This document shows, in pieces, positions 58,140 through 64,000 of a stretch of DNA of 64,000 nucleotides. Position numbers and translations under genes: made by a program. This stretch comes from an uncultured Alphaproteobacteria bacterium. GTDB lineage: Bacteria; Pseudomonadota; Alphaproteobacteria; RF32; CAG-239. The stretch covers positions 1,093 through 65,092 of the forward strand of contig CALXPO010000022.1 in NCBI GenBank assembly GCA_944390315.1, written 5' to 3'. How positions within the stretch are numbered: position 1 is the stretch's first letter; each line of letters opens with the position of its first letter. The notes beneath the pieces were generated by a model. It did not search any database. It saw only the letters and a list, made by a program, of their open reading frames with translations, and was not told where the DNA came from.

Positions 58140-60821
58140 ATGACGACAGAAGAAAAAAATATGGCCGTAACGCCGATGATGGCACAATATTTGGAGACTA
58201 AAAAAGCCTATCCCGAATATTTGTTATTTTATCGGATGGGCGATTTTTACGAAATGTTTTTTGATGATGCAGTTCAAGCCTCAAAGGCGTTGGATATAGC
58301 TTTGACCAAAAGGGGAAAACTGGCCGGAGAAGACGTGCCGATGTGCGGTGTGCCTTTTCATGCCTATGAAAGCTATTTGGCCAGATTGATAAAACACGGT
58401 TTTAAGGTTGCCATCTGCGAGCAAATGGAAGACCCGAAAGAGGCTAAAAAAAGGGGCTATAAAGCAGTTGTCAAAAGAGATGTGATTCGTTTGGTAACGG
58501 CAGGAACTTTAACCGAGGATACGTTACTTGATTCGCGTCGTAACAATTTTTTGCTGTCGTTGTCTAAGCAGGGAGAAGTTTTAGGCGTTTCATGGATAGA
58601 TTTGTCAACCGGCGATTTCTTTTTGGAAGAATTGGATTTGCGCGGCAAACAGGAAGCAACGGTTTTAAGCGGGTTGCTCGCCAGACTGTCGCCGGTCGAA
58701 ATCTTGGTTTCGGACAGTTATTTGCAAAATCCGAAATTGTTTGAAGTTTTGAACGAATATCGCAAACAACTTTCAATTTTGCCGCAGGCAAGATTTAATT
58801 CAGAAAATGCCAAAAGAACTTTGCATAATTTGTTCGGCGTGGAAACATTAGATGCTTACGGAAGTTTTAGCCGCGCAGAAATCACGGCGGCAGGCGTTTT
58901 GATAGACTATATCGAAACAACGCAGAAAGGGCAAATGCCCAGAGTTGAAAAACCGGTCAAAATATACGAACAACAAGTTATGGAAATTGACGGCGCAACT
59001 CGCCGCAGCTTAGAGCTGCTGTCTTCTGTCAGCGGTGAAAAAAACGGTTCGTTGCTTTCGGTTTTGGACAGGACGGTCACAGGTTGCGGTGCACGCATGT
59101 TGGCAAGTCGCATCGCAAGTCCGTTGGTTGACGTTAAAGAGATTAATGAACGACTGAATGTGGTCGAATTTTTTAGTGAAGAAGAATTTGTTCGCCAAGA
59201 TATCAGAGAGATACTCAAGAGCTGTCCGGACATGGAACGTTCATTGTCTCGTTTAAGTTTGGAAAGAGGCGGTCCGAGAGATTTGGCAGCGATAAAAACA
59301 GTTTTGGCTTCGGTTCCGAAAATAAAAAATATATTGGCAGGCAACAACGGTAAGCAGATTGTCAAAGAGCTGCCCGATGCCGTCAGTCATATTGTTTCCA
59401 AACTCGGACATTACGAAACTTTGGTTGACAAATTGGAAAATGCTCTGGTTGAAGATTTGCCTTTGCTGGCGCGTGACGGCGGTTTTATTAAAGAAGGCTT
59501 TTATCCGCCGCTTGATGAAATTAAGCAAATGAAAAACAACAGTCAGCAAGTTATATTAAACTTACAGGAAAAATATGCGGCTGCGGTTAATATTCCGAAT
59601 TTAAAAATTAAATATAATAACCTGATAGGATATTACATTGAAGTTCCGGCAAAATTTGCAACTCAAATGATGGAGCATACCGATTTTATCCACCGTCAGT
59701 CGGTTTTAAATGCCGTTCGCTATACGACGGTGGAGTTAACCGAAATAGAAAATGAAATTCGCGGGGCCGGAGAAAAATCTTTGGCGATGGAATTGGAGTT
59801 ATATGCCCAACTGGTAGATGAAATAAAAATTTTAGCCGATGATATTTCTCGAACGGCAAAGGCCTTGGCGGAGCTTGATGTCGGAGCGGCTTTGGCAGAT
59901 TTGGCGGTTGAAAAAAATTATTGTCGTCCGCTTGTTGACGATTCTTTGGTGTTTGAAGTTGAAGACGGTCGCCACCCCGTGGTTGAAAATGCCTTGTCTA
60001 AAGAAAACAGCGGCAGTTTTGTCGGTAACGACTGCTATTTGGGCGGAGAGCACAGTAATATTTGGCTGATAACCGGTCCGAATATGGCAGGAAAATCAAC
60101 GTTTCTGCGCCAGAATGCCATCATTGCGGTAATGGCGCAAATCGGTTCTTATGTGCCGGCTCGAAAAGCTCATATAGGTATTGTCAATAAATTGTTTTCT
60201 CGTGTCGGCGCATCGGACGATTTGACACGAGGTCGTTCAACTTTTATGGTTGAGATGGTGGAAACGGCAAGCATATTAAATCGTGCCGATGAGCGTTCGC
60301 TGGTTATTTTAGATGAAATCGGTCGCGGTACGGCAACTTTTGACGGTTTGTCCATCGCTTGGGCGGTGGTGGAACATTTGCACGAGGTCAATCGCTGTCG
60401 TGCTCTGTTTGCCACCCATTACCACGAATTAACCTCGCTTGTGAACAAACTACCGAAAATGTCACTTCACTGTATGAAGATAAAAGAATATAAAGATGAA
60501 GTTATCTTTTTGCACGAAGTTATTGATGGTGCGGCAGATAGGTCATACGGTATTCATGTTGCCAAATTGGCAGGCTTGCCGCAAGTCGTGCTGAAACGAG
60601 CCGAACAAGTGCTGAATTCACTGGAACATGATAAGAAAAATACCAATATAAAGGCTTTGGCCGATGATTTGCCATTGTTTGCAAGTTTGAAAGAAAAAGA
60701 AGAAAAGCAGAAACCGTCGGCGGTAGAAGAGGCGTTGAAAAACATTAATCCAGATGATTTGAGCCCGCGGGAAGCATTGGATGAACTCTATAAATTAAAG
60801 CAATTGTCGGAGGAAAAATAA
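58140..60821 (+). CDS. mutS: DNA mismatch repair protein MutS
   Basis: [53 protein letters not shown]. Confidence 0.98.
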   Translation: MTTEEKNMAVTPMMAQYLETKKAYPEYLLFYRMGDFYEMFFDDAVQASKALDIALTKRGKLAGEDVPMCGVPFHAYESYLARLIKHGFKVAICEQMEDPKEAKKRGYKAVVKRDVIRLVTAGTLTEDTLLDSRRNNFLLSLSKQGEVLGVSWIDLSTGDFFLEELDLRGKQEATVLSGLLARLSPVEILVSDSYLQNPKLFEVLNEYRKQLSILPQARFNSENAKRTLHNLFGVETLDAYGSFSRAEITAAGVLIDYIETTQKGQMPRVEKPVKIYEQQVMEIDGATRRSLELLSSVSGEKNGSLLSVLDRTVTGCGARMLASRIASPLVDVKEINERLNVVEFFSEEEFVRQDIREILKSCPDMERSLSRLSLERGGPRDLAAIKTVLASVPKIKNILAGNNGKQIVKELPDAVSHIVSKLGHYETLVDKLENALVEDLPLLARDGGFIKEGFYPPLDEIKQMKNNSQQVILNLQEKYAAAVNIPNLKIKYNNLIGYYIEVPAKFATQMMEHTDFIHRQSVLNAVRYTTVELTEIENEIRGAGEKSLAMELELYAQLVDEIKILADDISRTAKALAELDVGAALADLAVEKNYCRPLVDDSLVFEVEDGRHPVVENALSKENSGSFVGNDCYLGGEHSNIWLITGPNMAGKSTFLRQNAIIAVMAQIGSYVPARKAHIGIVNKLFSRVGASDDLTRGRSTFMVEMVETASILNRADERSLVILDEIGRGTATFDGLSIAWAVVEHLHEVNRCRALFATHYHELTSLVNKLPKMSLHCMKIKEYKDEVIFLHEVIDGAADRSYGIHVAKLAGLPQVVLKRAEQVLNSLEHDKKNTNIKALADDLPLFASLKEKEEKQKPSAVEEALKNINPDDLSPREALDELYKLKQLSEEK

Positions 60822-61265
60822 ATGCCTTTTGCAGAAAATAAAATTCGTCCGCTAACGGTTGCGGTCATTCGTAGAGGTAACAATGTACTGGCAATCAAAG
60901 GAATTGATTACAGTAAAAAAGAAGTTTTTTATCGCTTGCCCGGCGGCGGAATAGAATTTGGAGAAACGGCGGAAGAGGCGTTGAAAAGAGAATTTATGGA
61001 AGAGTTTGGCGTGGCAATTAATGTAGGTCGCAGATTGGATGTGATTGAAAATATTTTTTGCTACGAGGGAAAAAGAGGACACGAGATTGTATTTATATAT
61101 GAGGCTTTTTTGCCCGATTTGAAAATACAAACTGATGACGGGTTGTATTTTATGGAAGAAGGGCAGCAGAGTCCCAAAGCTGAGTGGGTGGATTTGTCCT
61201 CGGATATTATTGTCTATCCCGAAGAAGTTAGGCGAATACAATCGGAATTAATATCAACGAAATAA
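60822..61265 (+). CDS. NUDIX hydrolase
   Basis: Nudix box GGGIEFGETAEEALKREFMEEFG. Confidence 0.9.
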   Translation: MPFAENKIRPLTVAVIRRGNNVLAIKGIDYSKKEVFYRLPGGGIEFGETAEEALKREFMEEFGVAINVGRRLDVIENIFCYEGKRGHEIVFIYEAFLPDLKIQTDDGLYFMEEGQQSPKAEWVDLSSDIIVYPEEVRRIQSELISTK

Positions 61266-61275
61266 GGAGAAAAAT

Positions 61276-61860
61276 ATGTTAAAATCATTAATGGCAATCA
61301 TTTTGGCTTTGGGTATCAATATCCATAGCGTACATGCGGCTGATGTAGCTAATCCGTATGCAAATGTTAAAGATCCCGAGAATACATTGCTACTCAAACT
61401 CAAAGACGGAGATGTCCTGATAGAAATGTATCCGGAAGATGCTCCGAAACATGTTGCCCGCATCAAAGAGTTGGTTAGAGAGGGATTCTACGACGGTCTG
61501 AAATTTCATCGTGTAATTGACGGTTTTATGGCGCAGACCGGAGATCCGAGAGGCAACGGTACCGGCGGCAGCGGTCGCAATCTTCCGGCAGAATTCAATC
61601 AGCGCAGCCACCAACGCGGGACGGTGTCAATGGCAAGAGCGGCAGATCCGAACTCAGCAGACAGTCAGTTTTTTATCTGCTTTGATGATGCCAGCTTTTT
61701 AGACGGTCAATATACGGTTTGGGGACAAGTGATTTCGGGTATGGATGCTGTCGATAAAATTAAACGCGGCACCGGTCCGAACGGTATGGTATACAATCCC
61801 GATAAAATTATTTCGATGCAAGTTGTATCGGATTTAATCGCACAAAAGGCGCAAAAGTAG
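61276..61860 (+). CDS. cyclophilin-type peptidyl-prolyl isomerase, exported
   Basis: Signal peptide; FHRVIDGFMAQTGDP, SMARA, SQFFI, YTVWG. Confidence 0.95.
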   Translation: MLKSLMAIILALGINIHSVHAADVANPYANVKDPENTLLLKLKDGDVLIEMYPEDAPKHVARIKELVREGFYDGLKFHRVIDGFMAQTGDPRGNGTGGSGRNLPAEFNQRSHQRGTVSMARAADPNSADSQFFICFDDASFLDGQYTVWGQVISGMDAVDKIKRGTGPNGMVYNPDKIISMQVVSDLIAQKAQK

Positions 61861-61876
61861 AATATGATTAGCAAGG

Positions 61877-61909
61877 AAAGAGGCTCTGCAAAAAGTAAGA
61901 GCCTCTTTT
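61877..61909 (+). terminator. intrinsic terminator
   Basis: aaagaggctct..agagcctctttt. Confidence 0.7.
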
Positions 61910-62088
61910 GCTGTGTTAAGAACAGATGAGATTTGGTATAAAAATCAATAGAATCAAGGTGGTAGCCTGCGGTATTATAATACCGATAATTAAAATATTG
62001 AAAAATACGAATTTTTATAGTTGACAAAGGCAAAAGTTTAGCTATATTGACAACGAATTTAATAACCATCTTTAAGAAGAGAGAAAAT

Positions 62089-62556
62089 ATGAACACTTAT
62101 GCAACAAAGCCATCGGATATTGAAAGAAAATGGTATGTCGTTGATGCCAGCGGTGTTGTATTGGGTCGTCTATCTGCCGAAATCGCTAAGATTTTGCGCG
62201 GCAAACACAAACCCAGCTTTGTACCGAATCTGGACTGCGGTGACTATGTAATCGTTATCAATGCCGATAAAGTAAAATTGACCGGTAAAAAAATGACTCA
62301 CAAAGTTTACTATCGTCACACCGGTTGGATTGGCGGAATCAAAGAAACTACTCCTGCAAAAATTTTGGCAGGTAAATTCCCCGGTCGCGTAATCGAGAAA
62401 GCCGTTGAAAGAATGATTTCTCGTAATCCCCTCGGTCGCCAACAAATGACCAAGTTAAAAGTTTATGCCGGTGCAGAACATCCGCATGCAGCTCAGAATC
62501 CGATTGTTCTTGATATTGCAGGCAAGAACCCGAAAAATAAAAGGAGTCCGTTATAA
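62089..62556 (+). CDS. rplM: 50S ribosomal protein L13
   Basis: WYVVDA..LGRL..LRGKHKP, DCGD, YYRHTG, HPHAAQ; TTGACA promoter box at 62021. Confidence 0.98.
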   Translation: MNTYATKPSDIERKWYVVDASGVVLGRLSAEIAKILRGKHKPSFVPNLDCGDYVIVINADKVKLTGKKMTHKVYYRHTGWIGGIKETTPAKILAGKFPGRVIEKAVERMISRNPLGRQQMTKLKVYAGAEHPHAAQNPIVLDIAGKNPKNKRSPL

Positions 62557-63026
62557 TGGCTAAGTTAGAATCTTTGAAAGATATTAAAGTATCTGCATCA
62601 GAAGGTGTTGCAGAAGTACGCAAGCCCAAACGCGACAAATTCGGTCGTTCTTATGCCACAGGTAAAAGAAAAGATGCCGTTGCTCGCGTATGGATTAAGC
62701 CGGGTAAAGGAGATATTACCGTTAACTCTAAATCTATTGACGAATATTTTGCTCGTCCGGTTTTGAAAATGATTATCAACCAACCGTTTGAAGTAGCAAA
62801 TCGAGTTAATGAATTCGACGTTATCTGCACCGTAAGCGGCGGTGGTTTGTCCGGTCAGGCCGGAGCAATCAAACACGGTATTTCCAAAGCTCTTAATGAG
62901 TATGAGCCGGAATTGCGCGGTGTATTGAAAGCAGCAGGTTTCTTGACACGCGATGACAGAATTGTAGAACGTAAGAAATATGGTAAAGCCAAAGCTCGTC
63001 GTTCTTACCAATTCTCTAAACGTTAA
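62556..63026 (+). CDS. rpsI: 30S ribosomal protein S9
   Basis: [37 protein letters not shown]. Confidence 0.98.
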   Translation: MAKLESLKDIKVSASEGVAEVRKPKRDKFGRSYATGKRKDAVARVWIKPGKGDITVNSKSIDEYFARPVLKMIINQPFEVANRVNEFDVICTVSGGGLSGQAGAIKHGISKALNEYEPELRGVLKAAGFLTRDDRIVERKKYGKAKARRSYQFSKR

Positions 63027-63051
63027 TCCGGTATATTTACAAATTTTGCCC

Positions 63052-63082
63052 AAAAAGGAGAGATTTTTATCTCTCCTTTTTT
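63052..63082 (+). terminator. intrinsic terminator after rpsI
   Basis: aaaaaggagagat-tttt-atctctcctttttt. Confidence 0.85.
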
Positions 63083-63151
63083 GTATAAAAAATTGACATT
63101 TTTAATTAGGTAATGTAAAAGCAAATTAAATGGTATTAAATATAAATCATT

Positions 63152-63823
63152 ATGAAAATTAAACAATTTGTAGAAACTTATCAGGCCTTTGAAAATATGC
63201 AAACGCTTGATATAGTGTTGCCGGTATCTAAAAAAGAAATGCCGGACGACAAGGTTGTTAGAATAGGGATGCGGGGTGTTTTGCCAACATCTCTGGCTTA
63301 TGACGGTTGGAATGAAATTATTTCTTACCAACGCTTACAGTTGAAACTCTATTGGAAAAATTTTTGGCAAGAAATGCTGGAGTCCAATAGCATAGAAGAT
63401 ACTGACTGCTTGTATGACTTTTTGAGGCATAATCCTGATCTTATTTCATTCATGGAAGAAGATTGGATTTTCTTCATAAAAACATTGTATGAAAAAACTT
63501 ACGGACGCCGTAATTCTGAGATAGAGGAATTGCTGACAAGCATATATAGCGAAGAGAATTTGCTTAAATACAGGTATAATACTCGTTGTCAGGAGGCTTT
63601 AGCGCAGCTCATGGTGTCAAAAGTGGTTCATTTTAATGAAACTCTGAGTTTCAGCGTCAACTATGGTATTTTTATCAACTGGTTGGCAGCAAGAAAAGAT
63701 TGTTATCCTATGGTTTGGTCAGCGGTTGCCGACAAACTTAAAGAAATGAAGGATAACGGAGAGATCAATCTTCATTGTTATGAAGAACGCCGTTTATATA
63801 ATCTTTATTGCTTGCCCGAATAG
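63152..63823 (+). CDS. hypothetical protein
   Basis: 223-aa ATG ORF with a TTGACA box upstream and a terminator downstream; no recognised motif. Confidence 0.65.
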   Translation: MKIKQFVETYQAFENMQTLDIVLPVSKKEMPDDKVVRIGMRGVLPTSLAYDGWNEIISYQRLQLKLYWKNFWQEMLESNSIEDTDCLYDFLRHNPDLISFMEEDWIFFIKTLYEKTYGRRNSEIEELLTSIYSEENLLKYRYNTRCQEALAQLMVSKVVHFNETLSFSVNYGIFINWLAARKDCYPMVWSAVADKLKEMKDNGEINLHCYEERRLYNLYCLPE

Positions 63824-63840
63824 AGTTTTATTTTGAGGTC

Positions 63841-63873
63841 AAAAAAAGAGGAAAGATATTTCCTCTTTTTTTT
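63841..63873 (+). terminator. intrinsic terminator
   Basis: aaaaaaagaggaaa..tttcctcttttttt. Confidence 0.75.
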
Positions 63874-64000
63874 GGCTATAAAGAAAATAGAAATTTCATT
63901 GAGGAAAAAACAATGTATTAACCACAATTGATTCTGTTTTTGAAAGTCGCAGGTCATAAAACAGATTTACTAAGAGATATCCATGGTATATTCTCTCTTG

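Noticed and set aside
13989-63331. Numerous 60-245 aa ORFs overlapping housekeeping genes
   Set aside because: Antisense or alternate-frame shadows of well-supported CDSs, with no independent motifs.
1-64000. Prophage, integrase, rRNA or alternative genetic code
   Set aside because: No phage, recombinase or rRNA signatures; conserved genes translate full-length and end with TAA, TAG or TGA under the standard bacterial code.

Overview
This 64 kb window is moderately AT-rich chromosomal backbone from an alphaproteobacterium. The assignment rests on alpha-type gene orders (der-bamB-TPR, thiE-like-efp-suhB-rpmE-DUF1013, gltX-cysS, nuoN-birA-rnj, zapA-6S RNA). The content suggests a reduced, probably host- or gut-associated Rhodospirillales-like lineage (inference). 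Most of the window is housekeeping: psd/pssA, der, tkt, fba, alr, thrS, gltX, cysS, mutS, rplM/rpsI, tRNA-Leu(TAA), tRNA-Lys(TTT), 6S RNA and a cadA/ArsR metal-efflux pair. The standout is a compact operon at 30.6-35.3 kb built from flagellar parts but lacking export and motor genes. It encodes a natural truncated FliF-FliG fusion whose torque-helix charges are lost, a FliN-like protein lacking the FliH-binding patch, FlhF and FlhG with intact nucleotide-binding motifs, and a J-domain/TM/SH3-like protein. This looks like a flagellar basal body repurposed as a polar landmark or division-site system (inference). Other notable items are a stand-alone, charge-depleted NuoL-M-N module, several intact ORFs with dead-looking active sites (SuhB, a HAD protein, an ACP lacking its Ser), a DUF1013 protein with an 8 x 15-aa histone-like tail, and three hairpin-rich intergenic regions. 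No CRISPR array, rRNA, integrase or prophage was seen. All family calls come from motif recognition by eye, not from database searches.
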